A DNA stretch of 56,219 nucleotides from Bacteriovoracaceae bacterium UBA4573 (lineage in GTDB: Bacteria > Bdellovibrionota > UBA1018 > UBA923): positions 1 through 56,219 of the forward strand of contig DGKJ01000120.1 in NCBI GenBank assembly GCA_002387735.1, read 5' to 3'. The notes beneath the pieces are model-generated. The model was given only the letters and a program-made list of their open reading frames with translations. It had not been told where the DNA came from and made no database searches. Of this stretch, positions 1-9,704 are shown one piece after another (positions within the stretch are counted from its first letter, which is position 1; every line of letters starts with the position of its first letter). Both the position numbers and the translations under genes were made by a program.

Positions 1-1
1 T

Positions 2-718
2 AGCCGCTTTGACCCTAAACCGTTCCTCATGATGACGCAGAATCCCGCGTATTATGCAGCCTTAGTCGAAAAGGCCGGTTATGCAAAAGCCAAAGACCTC
101 CTCGCTTGGAAACTGCACCCATCTAAACAGTTTGATACAAGACTCATTGACCGTGCAAAAAAGCTCCAAGTGGCCGAGCAGATTGTTATTCGTCCGATCA
201 ACATGAAAGACTATGAAGCTGAAGTTGAGCGCATTCTTGACGTTTACAACGACGCTTGGGAAAAAAACTGGGGTTTTGTACCCATGACTCCCGACGAATT
301 TCGGCACATGGCAAAAGACATGAAACCGATCGTGATTCCAGAGTTGCTCTTTATTGTGGAAGTTCGCGGAGAAGTCGCGGGTTTCAGTCTTTGGCTGCCA
401 GATTTGAATCAAGTCATGGAAAAAATTCCGAACGGAAAGTTGTTTCCAACGGGCTTGATCAAGTTGCTCTGGCACACAAAAGTTAAACGAACTGTAAATC
501 AGGGGCGCATATTAACGCTCGGAGTAAAAAAGAAGTATCGGGCTCTTGGTCTTGGGTCCTTGATGTTTCTCAAATACTACGAAACGGCGCCAAGCATGGG
601 TTACCCGACGGCCGAGGCTTCGTGGATCTTGGAAGACAATGCGGCAATGAATCAGGGGCTCAAAATGATGAATGCCGATCTATACAAGACCTATCGCATC
701 TACGACAAAACGTTGTAA
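2..718 (+). CDS. GNAT-fold acyltransferase, YghO / bacterial ceramide synthase (bCerS)-like; C-terminal part only, 5' end outside window
   Basis: The frame is open from base 2 (SRFDPKPFLMMTQNPAYY). Family motifs: WGFVPMT..E, GFSLWLPDLN, GKLFPTG, RILTLGVKKKYRALGL, EASWILEDN..M, YRIYDK.L. Confidence 0.75.
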   Translation, partial: SRFDPKPFLMMTQNPAYYAALVEKAGYAKAKDLLAWKLHPSKQFDTRLIDRAKKLQVAEQIVIRPINMKDYEAEVERILDVYNDAWEKNWGFVPMTPDEFRHMAKDMKPIVIPELLFIVEVRGEVAGFSLWLPDLNQVMEKIPNGKLFPTGLIKLLWHTKVKRTVNQGRILTLGVKKKYRALGLGSLMFLKYYETAPSMGYPTAEASWILEDNAAMNQGLKMMNADLYKTYRIYDKTL

Positions 719-744
719 TCTCGTCCTAGAGGGCGAAATTCGCG

Positions 745-1269
745 ATGACTGATCCTATAAAATCAGCGATTCGGGTGCTCGGAATCGACCCCGGCTCACG
801 CTTAATGGGTTTTGGCATGGTTTCGAAAAACGGAACCAAGCTGACCACTTCGGGTTATGGCACGCTCAAGTTCAACACCAAAGTCGAAGCCAACGAACGC
901 CTGATCGAAATTTATGATGGTGTTCGGGCTTTACTTGAAAAGTTCAAACCCGATCACGTGGCGATTGAAAAGGTGTTTTTCGCCAAAAACGTTGTCTCCG
1001 CCTTGAAGCTGGGTCAGGCCCGTGGGGTCGCAGTGCTTGCGGTTGCGCAGGCCGGTATTCCTATTTACGAATACAGTCCCAACGAAATCAAACTCTCCAC
1101 CGTGGGTTTTGGTCATGCCGATAAAATTCAAGTCGCCAAGATGGTACGTTTACTTCTTGGAGTGGAAAATTTTGAAAGTGCTGATAGCTCCGATGCGCTT
1201 GCAATCGCTATTTGCCATTTACAGACGCATCAGTTCCGTAGGAATTTACCCCGGGGTGCAGAGTTATGA
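745..1269 (+). CDS. ruvC: Holliday junction resolvase RuvC
   Basis: VLGIDPG, AIEKVFF, LKLGQARG, EYSPNEIK, DSSDALAIAICH motifs; first gene of a ruvCAB run. Confidence 0.97.
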   Translation: MTDPIKSAIRVLGIDPGSRLMGFGMVSKNGTKLTTSGYGTLKFNTKVEANERLIEIYDGVRALLEKFKPDHVAIEKVFFAKNVVSALKLGQARGVAVLAVAQAGIPIYEYSPNEIKLSTVGFGHADKIQVAKMVRLLLGVENFESADSSDALAIAICHLQTHQFRRNLPRGAEL

Positions 1270-1970
1270 TTGGTTATCTACGCGGGCAAATTCTTTCTAA
1301 AGACGGGTCTGATTTGGTAATCGACGTGCAAGGTGTTGGTTATGCGTTGAGCGTTCCTCAGCGAATGAGCGTAAAGGTTAACTCGACGTCGGAATTTTTC
1401 GTTCACACTCATGTGAGAGAAAACGCAATTGATCTTTTTGGATTCGCCACCGGGTGGGAACGCCAAGTTTTTCTGCTATTAATCAGCGTTTCGGGCATTG
1501 GCCCGCGGACTGCACTGGGCTTATTAAGTCAGCTCGAGCCGGTGCAACTTTTAACGGCTCTCGTACGTGAAGATCGGGCAACACTCTCGAGTGTGTCAGG
1601 TATTGGCAAGAAAACCGCCGAACGCTTAATTGTGGAAATTGCAGATAAGGGGCGCAAGCTTTTGACGGAACGTCCTGGTGGCGTCTCGAATCAAACAACA
1701 GTTGCAGCCGAGACTTTGCCGTCTAGTGCGAAACCTGTTCGAACCAAGGTGCCGGCTCAGGGGGCTTCGCGCAATTCGGATCGCGAGATTGAGATCACAG
1801 ACATTTGGAATGACGCACTCGTTGCGCTCGTGAACTTTGGTTACCGCGAAGGAGACGCTTTGGCGGTGATTCGCGAAGCCTCAGCGGAGCGAGAGGCGGA
1901 AGGTCTAGAAGTGCAACTCGAGCCGTTGCTTAAACGCTGTTTGCAGATTGTCTCGAAAGGGCGGGCCTAA
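1266..1970 (+). CDS. ruvA: Holliday junction branch migration protein RuvA
   Basis: MIGYLRG, DVQGVGY, LFGF, VSGIGPRTA, VSGIGKKTAERL, C-terminal ALVNFGY domain; ATGA overlap with ruvC. Confidence 0.97.
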   Translation: MIGYLRGQILSKDGSDLVIDVQGVGYALSVPQRMSVKVNSTSEFFVHTHVRENAIDLFGFATGWERQVFLLLISVSGIGPRTALGLLSQLEPVQLLTALVREDRATLSSVSGIGKKTAERLIVEIADKGRKLLTERPGGVSNQTTVAAETLPSSAKPVRTKVPAQGASRNSDREIEITDIWNDALVALVNFGYREGDALAVIREASAEREAEGLEVQLEPLLKRCLQIVSKGRA

Positions 1971-2993
1971 ATGGAACTTGATGTACACGACAAATCCCAG
2001 GCCGATGACGAAGCGACGGTCGACGTAGCTCTGCGACCGCAAGATTTCAGTGAATACATCGGCCAAGCAAAAGTGACAGCGAATTTGTTAATGTACATCG
2101 AAGCTGCACGAAAGCGCGGTGATTCGCTCGACCATTGTTTGTTTTCGGGCCCTCCGGGTCTCGGTAAAACGACTCTTGCGCACATTGTCGCCAAACACAT
2201 GGGGTCACAGCTCCACACGGTTGCAGCCCCTGCAATTGACAAAAAAGGTGACCTAGCAGCCATTCTTTCGAGCCTCAATAAACACGACGTACTTTTTATC
2301 GACGAAATTCATCGATTGCCGCGTGTAATCGAAGAAGTGCTCTACAGTGCGATGGAGGACTTTAAACTCGACGTCATTATTGGTCAGGGACCGTCGGCCC
2401 GTACGCTGCGACTAGATTTGCCTCGTTTTACTTTAGTGGGCGCTACGACCCGTGCGGGTTTGCTGACGAATCCTTTGAGGGACCGATTTGGCGTTTCATT
2501 TAGGCTCGATTTCTATTCGCCAAAAGAGCTGCAATCAATTGTTGAGCGGTCTTCGCGCATTCTAACGGTACCGATCGACGCCGAAGGTGCGCAAGAGATA
2601 GCAAAACGAAGTCGCGGTACCCCGCGTATAGCCAATCGTCTATTAAGACGTGTGCGGGATTTCGCCCAGGTGCGGGGTGATGGTACGGTTGATCGTGCGG
2701 TGGCTTGCAAGGGACTCGAGCTCCTAGAGGTCGACCACCAGGGGCTCGATTCAATGGATCGAAGACTTCTTTCTCTGATTGTTGAAAAATTCGATGGCGG
2801 ACCCGTTGGAATTGAAACCTTGTCGGCCGCCATTGGTGAAGAGCGCGGAACCATCGAAGAAATTTATGAGCCGTTTTTGCTCCAAGAGGGGTTTCTCCAG
2901 CGCACACCGCGTGGGCGACTCGCCACTCGAAAGGCGTTTGAACTGCTGGGTTTGACCTATTCCGCGAATGACCCCACGCCGACCTTGTTCTGA
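1971..2993 (+). CDS. ruvB: Holliday junction branch migration helicase RuvB
   Basis: LRPQ.F.EYIGQ, Walker [10 protein letters not shown], Walker [41 protein letters not shown]. Confidence 0.98.
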   Translation: MELDVHDKSQADDEATVDVALRPQDFSEYIGQAKVTANLLMYIEAARKRGDSLDHCLFSGPPGLGKTTLAHIVAKHMGSQLHTVAAPAIDKKGDLAAILSSLNKHDVLFIDEIHRLPRVIEEVLYSAMEDFKLDVIIGQGPSARTLRLDLPRFTLVGATTRAGLLTNPLRDRFGVSFRLDFYSPKELQSIVERSSRILTVPIDAEGAQEIAKRSRGTPRIANRLLRRVRDFAQVRGDGTVDRAVACKGLELLEVDHQGLDSMDRRLLSLIVEKFDGGPVGIETLSAAIGEERGTIEEIYEPFLLQEGFLQRTPRGRLATRKAFELLGLTYSANDPTPTLF

Positions 2994-3028
2994 GGTTCAA
3001 GATTGAAGCTTCTGTTGCAAAAAGCACA

Positions 3029-3053
3029 CACCGCTTAACAATTTTGTGCGGTG
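3029..3053. promoter_or_regulatory. Inverted repeat CACCGC-N13-GCGGTG: possible enhancer-binding-protein site, or ruvB terminator hairpin
   Basis: Perfect 6-bp inverted arms at 3029-3034 and 3048-3053, ~105-130 bp upstream of the sigma-54 motif. No good U-tract follows. Confidence 0.3.
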
Positions 3054-3105
3054 AATGACACGAAAACTCAGTTAAAATGACGCGGATTGTCTTTTTGAAT
3101 TTGCA

Positions 3106-3118
3106 TAAGTATATGATT
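3106..3118 (-). promoter_or_regulatory. IHF-like binding site
   Basis: The minus strand reads AATCATATACTTA against the consensus WATCAANNNNTTR (one mismatch). It lies between the inverted repeat and the -24/-12 element. Confidence 0.35.
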
Positions 3119-3156
3119 TTGTTAAGGGTTAATCTGTTATAAATACTCCACTATTG

Positions 3157-3172
3157 TGGCATAAGTGTTGCG
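3157..3172 (+). promoter_or_regulatory. Sigma-54 (RpoN) -24/-12 promoter upstream of lpxC
   Basis: TGGCATAAGTGTTGCG has GG-N10-GC spacing with TGGCA and TTGC boxes. Predicted start site ~3183. Confidence 0.55.
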
Positions 3173-3184
3173 ATATAGGTGATC

Positions 3185-4120
3185 ATGGGCGTGTGGAACA
3201 CACAAACAACATTACGAAGACGAGTGACACTCAAAGGCGTAGGGCTTCATTCTGGCGCTATGACGAAATGCGTTATTCATCCGGCTCCTGCTAATTCAGG
3301 AATCGTTTTTGTTCGTTCTGACCTCAAAAACGCCCCGGTAGTTCAGGCCGATATTTCAAAAGTAATTCGAACTGACATGTCCACAACGCTTGGCGTTAAT
3401 GGAGTGATGATTGCTACCGTCGAGCATTTGATGGCAGCTTTCTACGGAATGGGAATCACCAACGCGTTGGTCGAAATCGATGGTCCCGAAGTTCCGATCA
3501 TGGATGGCAGTTCTCGTGAATTCGCCGACGCATTCGAAGATGCCGGCATTCGCTCATTGGGAGTTGCCCAAAAAGTACTGCGGCTGCGCCGAAACATTAG
3601 TGTGCAAGCAGGAGACAAGTACATCGACGCTAAGCCTTCGAACGGTTTGGTGATTCGCGGTAAAATTTCGTTCAAACACGGCGTTATTGGCGAACAAGTC
3701 TATTCATTTAAATCAGGTAAGAGTTTTCGCGAAGAAATAGCCGCGGCTCGTACTTTTGGTTTTTTGCGGGAAGTAGAGTACTTGCATAAAAAGGGCCTCG
3801 CCAAGGGTGGCTCCTTGGAAAACGCTGTAGTGCTCGACGATACCCGCGTACTTAATCCAGAGGGCCTACGATTTAATGACGAATTCGTTCGTCATAAAGT
3901 ACTAGATGCGTTGGGTGACTTTGCGCTATTGGGTTTGAGTTTGCAGGCCGATGTCGAAGTGCACAAGTCGGGACACGAACTGCATACCGGCTTTATACGA
4001 AAGGTTCTCGAGGACGTTTCGAATTACGAAATCGTTGAAGCTCAGGCGCAACCTTCGCGTCACGAACATGCGGAATTGATCGAAGAGGAAATCTCACCTC
4101 TTGTTGCCGCCGCCGTTTGA
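3185..4120 (+). CDS. lpxC: UDP-3-O-acyl-N-acetylglucosamine deacetylase LpxC (start 3179 GTG, 3185 ATG or 3191 GTG uncertain)
   Basis: QTTL, GVGLHSG, TVEHLMAA, EVPIMDGS, ARTFGF, zinc motif HKVLDALGD, SGHELH. Confidence 0.97.
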   Translation: MGVWNTQTTLRRRVTLKGVGLHSGAMTKCVIHPAPANSGIVFVRSDLKNAPVVQADISKVIRTDMSTTLGVNGVMIATVEHLMAAFYGMGITNALVEIDGPEVPIMDGSSREFADAFEDAGIRSLGVAQKVLRLRRNISVQAGDKYIDAKPSNGLVIRGKISFKHGVIGEQVYSFKSGKSFREEIAAARTFGFLREVEYLHKKGLAKGGSLENAVVLDDTRVLNPEGLRFNDEFVRHKVLDALGDFALLGLSLQADVEVHKSGHELHTGFIRKVLEDVSNYEIVEAQAQPSRHEHAELIEEEISPLVAAAV

Positions 4121-4138
4121 TCACGGTAAGGTTGCCCG

Positions 4139-4936
4139 GTGGAATCCACTGCAATCACCCAGAAAACACCCGTTCTTTCGTCGAACATATCCGTTTTTAA
4201 TTTACCGGAATCTGTAAGGCAGATCGCACAGCTTGCTCGCGGAACTGGCGTACACTATGTATGTGTTTCGAATGTTCATACCGTGATCATGGGCGAACGT
4301 GATCCGGTTTTTCGCAAAGTTACAAATTCGGCCACCCTCGCCACTGCGGATGGAATGCCACTGCTTTGGGCTTCAAGAGTTCTCGGTAAAAGTCCCATTC
4401 ATGGCAGGGCCAGTGGTCCCGACATCATGAAACTATTTTTTTCCGACCCTGAATTCGCCGATCTTAGACATTTTCTTTTTGGTTCAACCGAAAGGGTTTT
4501 GAGCGGCCTCCAACGAAATCTCCAAACCACAAAAAATGGTCATAATATAGTCGGAACTTATTCTCCGCCCATGCGGCCGGTGCCAGACGCAGAGCTAGCG
4601 ATTTCTCCCGAAGAAAAACTGGAATGTGAACGCATTAATCAAAGTGGGGCGAACATCGTTTGGGTTAGTTTGGGTGCGCCAAAACAAGAAATTTGGATGT
4701 ATCGCATGCGCCCTCATCTTAAGGCCCAAGTATTGATTGGCGTGGGTGCGGCGTTTGATTTCTTGTCGGGCAACGTGAAGCGAGCACCAGAGTGGATGCA
4801 AAAATCAGGTTTGGAATGGCTTTATCGTTGGACGCAACAGCCGGGACGGCTATTTTGGCGTTACGCTAGTACTAATCCTGAGTTTTTGGTCCGCGTAGCG
4901 GTCCAGGCACTGCGGAGAGGTGACGGGAACGGCTGA
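4139..4936 (+). CDS. WecB/TagA/CpsF family glycosyltransferase (GT26)
   Basis: NVHTV, ADGMPL, GPD, FLFGS, VSLGAPKQE, GVGAAFDF, RAPEWMQKSGLEWLYR. Confidence 0.93.
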   Translation: MESTAITQKTPVLSSNISVFNLPESVRQIAQLARGTGVHYVCVSNVHTVIMGERDPVFRKVTNSATLATADGMPLLWASRVLGKSPIHGRASGPDIMKLFFSDPEFADLRHFLFGSTERVLSGLQRNLQTTKNGHNIVGTYSPPMRPVPDAELAISPEEKLECERINQSGANIVWVSLGAPKQEIWMYRMRPHLKAQVLIGVGAAFDFLSGNVKRAPEWMQKSGLEWLYRWTQQPGRLFWRYASTNPEFLVRVAVQALRRGDGNG

Positions 4937-4937
4937 C

Positions 4938-6125
4938 GTGAATAAAGTTATTCAATGGTTGTATTTTGCTATCTTGCCGATTGTTTTTTTTGTTCCACCA
5001 ATTCCCATTGGCACTCGAAAATTATTTCTATTTGATCTGATCTGCATTCTTTTAGTTGGGATTCTCGCTGTAAGGAATTGGCGATTTCTTTTAAAACAAC
5101 CTCAGAAAATTTTAGTTCTTGCTTTGATTGGAACTACGCTTTTGGCGTGGTGGCACGGGAGCTATCGACCGGTCGAGCTTGCTAACTTTGAACTAAACAC
5201 TGTGGTGACCCTTACCGAACGGCCTATTTTTCAGCCACTGCGGGAACTAGTCATTGGCTTTAGGTTTGTTGTTTGGGCTATGCTTGCCGGACTCACAATT
5301 CATTTTCTAGAATCGCTTAGTGAGGGTTCCTTAAAAACTTTTCGGACTCGCCTTTTAAAAATTGCAATAGGATGTTTTTCATTAGCGCTTTTAGTAGCCT
5401 TACTTGGAAAAGTAATTCCAGGGTTCCGCACCGCACTGGGGTATTTTTATCAGTACAACACGGTGGTCATAGAATGGCGCTACCGTTCGTTTGGTGTTTT
5501 TCCATCGCCCGTAGAAGCGGGGGCAGTTTACGGATTACTTGGGATTTCCTTTTTCTTTGCGTCGAGTCTGAGTTTTCCAATTCGGTGTATTCTTACGGGT
5601 GCGGCAGCGGTTGGAATTTTTTTAACCGGTTCACTCACGCCTTTTTTAGCGTTTTCCACTACTCTCGGACTTTTAGTGGCGAGTCGTTTGCAAAAAACGA
5701 AAGGCTTTTTACCGGTTCTGGTTTTGGTGGCTAGTCTTTTATCAGCCGCGGCGTTTTTCGTGATTTCCCACGAGGGAATTGTGAAGTTTGCGAATTTCTT
5801 ACATCGCTTAAAAGTGTGGCAGTCCTATTACGGAATATTAACTTCGTCGCCACAGTTTGCGCTCTTGGGCGTTGGCTTTTGGCCAGTTCATGCCGACAAT
5901 TCAGTTATTTGGTTTTGGAGCCGGTACGGCCTGTTCGGCATCGGACTTTTTTGCTGGTTCTTTGGGAAGCGCTATTTCTCGATGATTAGGTCGCCCAGCC
6001 GGGGGGTTCGGTATCTCGCAGTGTTCGGCACGATTGCCGCGCTCACCACCGATTTTTGGGTGTTTCGTCCGGTCATCGCAATATGTATTGCCCTTTGTCT
6101 TCCGCTTTTTGCGAGGCGATCATGA
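4938..6125 (+). CDS. Polytopic membrane protein, O-antigen ligase/polymerase (Wzy_C)-like
   Basis: About 10 hydrophobic segments; R.FGVF.SP motif, R..VW, LGVG and DNS...YGLFG loop pattern. GTG 4938 follows the upstream stop directly (ORF track starts at 4920). Confidence 0.65.
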   Translation: MNKVIQWLYFAILPIVFFVPPIPIGTRKLFLFDLICILLVGILAVRNWRFLLKQPQKILVLALIGTTLLAWWHGSYRPVELANFELNTVVTLTERPIFQPLRELVIGFRFVVWAMLAGLTIHFLESLSEGSLKTFRTRLLKIAIGCFSLALLVALLGKVIPGFRTALGYFYQYNTVVIEWRYRSFGVFPSPVEAGAVYGLLGISFFFASSLSFPIRCILTGAAAVGIFLTGSLTPFLAFSTTLGLLVASRLQKTKGFLPVLVLVASLLSAAAFFVISHEGIVKFANFLHRLKVWQSYYGILTSSPQFALLGVGFWPVHADNSVIWFWSRYGLFGIGLFCWFFGKRYFSMIRSPSRGVRYLAVFGTIAALTTDFWVFRPVIAICIALCLPLFARRS

Positions 6126-7285
6126 AGGCTCTGGTGGTGCACGTACCCTATCAGGTGCGGGGTGGTGAGGATGTCGCCGTCGAGAGTCAGAAAAAGGCAC
6201 TCGAAGCCCTGGGGTACGAAGTGTCGCTGTGGCCTAATGACCGAACCCCCCCAAAATTAGATCCGATTCGAATTTTGGCTTCTCTGAATGGTTCAGATCA
6301 ATGGAAGGAACTTGAAAATGAGTTCGCGCGAGAGCGCCCGAAATTTGCGATACTCAACAATATTTATCCGATTTACGGACCACGCTTGCTTCGATTTCTG
6401 AACCAAAAAAAAATACCGCTTTTTTTTGCGATACATAACCATCGTTTGTATTGCACCAATGGGTTGGCAATGCGCGACGGCTCGGTATGCAAACTATGTA
6501 AAAATAGTTCACCGTTTCGCAGTGTAGCTTTTAATTGTAACCAGAATTACATGCGGTCAATATATTATGCGACCGCACTTTCGCAAATTAGGCGAGATCG
6601 GTTATTGGGTTCGTTACAGGCGTTCGTCGCACCTTCTCCCTACATTGGTGAAGAGATAAAATCATTGGGCATTCCGATGGAAAAAATTCATTGGATTGTG
6701 AATCCGGTATTGGATGTTTCGGGAGGTCTCGATGGTTCGACTTCCGGTGCCCCAGGGTTTGATGTTTTTTTTGGAAGCCGTCTTTCTCCTGAAAAAGGTA
6801 TTAAGACTTTTTTGACTGCTATCGAAAATCTTCCGCAGCTGAAGTTCGCGATGGCAGGTGACGGCGAATTAAAAGGTGCGGTACTTGATGCCGCTCAACG
6901 TCTGCCCAATCTCACCTACCTAGGCGTCTTGTCGCGGTCAGATGTGTTGGCCCGAGTCAAAAAATGCAAAATAACGGTACTGCCAAGTCAATGTAATGAA
7001 GCTTTGCCAACGTCGGTAATCGAGGCTTTTGTTTGTGGAAAACGTTGTGTCATTCCCGACATGGAATCGACGCGTTGGTTGGCAGATAAACCCTTTCCGG
7101 GGGTGTTGGCCAACACCTTCGACGCGGTCCAGTTGGCGTCGGCGATTCTTAAAGCCGCGGAAATGTCGCCTATTCCAACCGAACAAATCAACGAAATGAA
7201 GGCGTTTTTTGGGTTTGATCGGTACCGAATAAACCTAGGGAACCTTATCGAAAAGACTCTTGCGAAGCCTTCAGGCCTTCGTTAG
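6122..7285 (+). CDS. Glycosyltransferase family 4 (GT-B) with Cys-rich insert
   Basis: [21 protein letters not shown]7E (EALPTSVIE). ATG 6122 overlaps the previous TGA (ATGA). Confidence 0.88.
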   Translation: MKALVVHVPYQVRGGEDVAVESQKKALEALGYEVSLWPNDRTPPKLDPIRILASLNGSDQWKELENEFARERPKFAILNNIYPIYGPRLLRFLNQKKIPLFFAIHNHRLYCTNGLAMRDGSVCKLCKNSSPFRSVAFNCNQNYMRSIYYATALSQIRRDRLLGSLQAFVAPSPYIGEEIKSLGIPMEKIHWIVNPVLDVSGGLDGSTSGAPGFDVFFGSRLSPEKGIKTFLTAIENLPQLKFAMAGDGELKGAVLDAAQRLPNLTYLGVLSRSDVLARVKKCKITVLPSQCNEALPTSVIEAFVCGKRCVIPDMESTRWLADKPFPGVLANTFDAVQLASAILKAAEMSPIPTEQINEMKAFFGFDRYRINLGNLIEKTLAKPSGLR

Positions 7286-7295
7286 CTTGGGCCCT

Positions 7296-8321
7296 ATGGC
7301 AAAAATGGATCAGAAAATAGCGCTTATTACGGGAATTACGGGACAAGACGGTTCTTACCTCGCCGAGCTCTTGCTTGAAAAAGGTTACACTGTCCATGGC
7401 ATTATTCGCCGATCGAGTTCGTTTAATACCGATCGAATCGATCATCTCTACAGGGACCCACATTTGTCGGGTGTGCGTTTGTTTTTGCACTACGGCGATC
7501 TTTCAGATTCCACCGGTATCAACCGCATTCTTCGAAAAATTAAACCCGATGAAATTTACCACCTCGGAGCTCAGTCCCATGTACGGGTAAGTTTTGACAC
7601 CCCCGAGTACACGGCCGACGTCACGGGCGTTGGAACGATTCGTTTGCTCGACGCGATTTTGGATACCGGAATCAACACCAAGTTCTACAACGCTGGTTCA
7701 AGCGAAATGTACGGTAAGGTGCAGGAAATTCCCCAAAAAGAAGACACGCCTTTTTACCCGCGTAGCCCCTATGGATGCGCAAAGGTTTTTTCGTACTGGT
7801 CTACCGTAAATTACCGAGAGGCCTACAATCTTTTCGCCTGCAACGGCATATTGTTTAATCACGAATCACCTCGTCGTGGTGAAACCTTCGTAACTCGCAA
7901 AATCACCCGCGCATTGGCCCAAATTTTAGCTAAGAAACAGGACAAGCTTTATCTTGGAAATCTCGATGCGAAACGTGACTGGGGGTTCGCAAAAGACTAT
8001 GTCGAAGCGATTTGGCTTATGATGCAGCAAGATAAAGCTGACGACTATGTGATCGCGACAGGCGAGACGCATTCGGTGCGTGAGTTTCTTGACGAAGCGT
8101 TTGGCTATGTAGGGTTAGATTGGAAAAAATACGTGGAAATCGACCAACGTTATTTTCGCCCCACCGAAGTCGACCTTCTCGTTGGTGATCCGGCAAAGGC
8201 CAAAAAACACCTTGGCTGGAAACCGACTCTTTCATTCAGAGAATTGGCGCGTCTTATGGTCAGAGAAGATTTAAAAAATGCAGGCATTGACCCCGAGCAA
8301 CACATCACCAATCGCGGGTAA
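7296..8321 (+). CDS. gmd: GDP-mannose 4,6-dehydratase
   Basis: [63 protein letters not shown]. Start 7296 or 7305. Confidence 0.97.
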   Translation: MAKMDQKIALITGITGQDGSYLAELLLEKGYTVHGIIRRSSSFNTDRIDHLYRDPHLSGVRLFLHYGDLSDSTGINRILRKIKPDEIYHLGAQSHVRVSFDTPEYTADVTGVGTIRLLDAILDTGINTKFYNAGSSEMYGKVQEIPQKEDTPFYPRSPYGCAKVFSYWSTVNYREAYNLFACNGILFNHESPRRGETFVTRKITRALAQILAKKQDKLYLGNLDAKRDWGFAKDYVEAIWLMMQQDKADDYVIATGETHSVREFLDEAFGYVGLDWKKYVEIDQRYFRPTEVDLLVGDPAKAKKHLGWKPTLSFRELARLMVREDLKNAGIDPEQHITNRG

Positions 8322-8332
8322 ACAATATTTTC

Positions 8333-9268
8333 ATGCGATCGGAATTAGAGAATAAACGCATAGTAGTGACAGGTGGATCCGGTTTTCTTGGTCGCCATAT
8401 AGTGAGCGAACTCGAAAATCAGGGAGCCGAAAGCGTTTTTGTACCTAGATCGAAGGAATACGACCTTCGCGACATGTCACAATGCATGAGAGTGTGCGAG
8501 CGCGCGGATATCGTTATTCATCTAGCGGCCCACGTAGGTGGCATTGGACTCAATCAGCAAAAACCTGGCGAATTATTTTATGACAACGCAATCATGGGCA
8601 TTCAGCTTATAGAAGCTGCGCGGCGCCAAAAAGTCGCGAAGCTCGTAGTCGCAGGTACTATTTGTGCCTATCCGAAATTTACTCCGGTGCCGTTTAAGGA
8701 AGAGAATCTTTGGGAAGGTTATCCAGAAGAAACAAATGCGCCCTATGGTGTCGCCAAAAAAGCTCTACTTGTTCAGCTTCAATCCTATCGCGCCCAATAC
8801 GGACTCAACGGAATTTTTTTGTTACCCGTGAATCTCTACGGTCCACACGATAACTTTGATCTAAACAGCTCTCACGTAATTCCGGCACTTATTCGAAAAA
8901 TACTTGAAGCCAAGCAAAGTGGACTAAAAGAAGTAGTTTTATGGGGCGATGGTTCACCGTCGCGCGAGTTTTTGTTTGTTGAGGACTGTGCCAAAGGAAT
9001 TGTTGCCGCTACGTTACGGTACGACGGAGCGGAACCAGTGAATCTTGGCAATGGACGAGAAATTCGGATTCGAGATCTCGCAGAACTTGTTTGCAAGGAA
9101 TTGCAATATTCTGGAGCCATTCGGTGGGATTCGTCTAAGCCAAACGGCCAACCGCGCCGTTGTCTGGACACTCGGAAGGCAGAAGAGTTTTTCGGGTTTC
9201 GAGCCGAAACCCCCTTCGATGTTGGACTGCGTCGAACAATCGACTGGTACAAAAGTACGTTAGTCTGA
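8333..9268 (+). CDS. fcl: GDP-L-fucose synthase (Fcl/WcaG)
   Basis: [68 protein letters not shown]; directly after gmd. Confidence 0.95.
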   Translation: MRSELENKRIVVTGGSGFLGRHIVSELENQGAESVFVPRSKEYDLRDMSQCMRVCERADIVIHLAAHVGGIGLNQQKPGELFYDNAIMGIQLIEAARRQKVAKLVVAGTICAYPKFTPVPFKEENLWEGYPEETNAPYGVAKKALLVQLQSYRAQYGLNGIFLLPVNLYGPHDNFDLNSSHVIPALIRKILEAKQSGLKEVVLWGDGSPSREFLFVEDCAKGIVAATLRYDGAEPVNLGNGREIRIRDLAELVCKELQYSGAIRWDSSKPNGQPRRCLDTRKAEEFFGFRAETPFDVGLRRTIDWYKSTLV

Positions 9269-9343
9269 AAAAACAAACAGTCTGGGTCTATCATTAATTC
9301 CTTCGCGAGTTCAAAGTCGGCTGAATAATCACCGAAGTGTCTT

Positions 9344-9359
9344 TGGCACACGCATTGCT
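9344..9359 (+). promoter_or_regulatory. Sigma-54 -24/-12 promoter
   Basis: TGGCACACGCATTGCT is a near-consensus match (TGGCAC..TTGCW, GG-N10-GC), 28 bp before ATG 9387. Confidence 0.7.
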
Positions 9360-9386
9360 AAATGAGCCTCAAAAAAGGGGTTTAAT

Positions 9387-9704
9387 ATGCGTATTTTTGA
9401 CGAAGAAGAAATGGAAAACGAACGAAGGCAATTAGAGAGTCTGCGCAATGAAGTCAACACGGCTTCCGAACCGAGTTCTTTACTTCAAACGCTGAAGATC
9501 ATGAACTTCGCCACTCTATCCTTTGTGAGAAAATACAGTGGAGTCTTTTTGGTGCGACGCTACGATGGTTCTGTCGGGGGGCGAGCATTTCATCGTGATT
9601 ATCTGGACGAAATTCGGGCCATGGGGCTTGCTGTGGATCTGGTGTTACGAGGGACCAATTTATACAGCGCCGATACCACGCACCACACCTGCGATCGTTT
9701 TTAA
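9387..9704 (+). CDS. Hypothetical protein, 105 aa, no family recognised
   Basis: ATG preceded by AAGGGG RBS and a sigma-54 motif. It fills the gap after fcl, and its 3' 45 nt overlap the convergent sugar transferase. Confidence 0.6.
   Translation: MRIFDEEEMENERRQLESLRNEVNTASEPSSLLQTLKIMNFATLSFVRKYSGVFLVRRYDGSVGGRAFHRDYLDEIRAMGLAVDLVLRGTNLYSADTTHHTCDRF

Noticed and set aside
1650-1800. Long Ala/Pro/Ser/Thr-rich linker in RuvA
   Set aside because: The domain II-III linker of RuvA is known to vary in length; there is no sign of an inserted domain.
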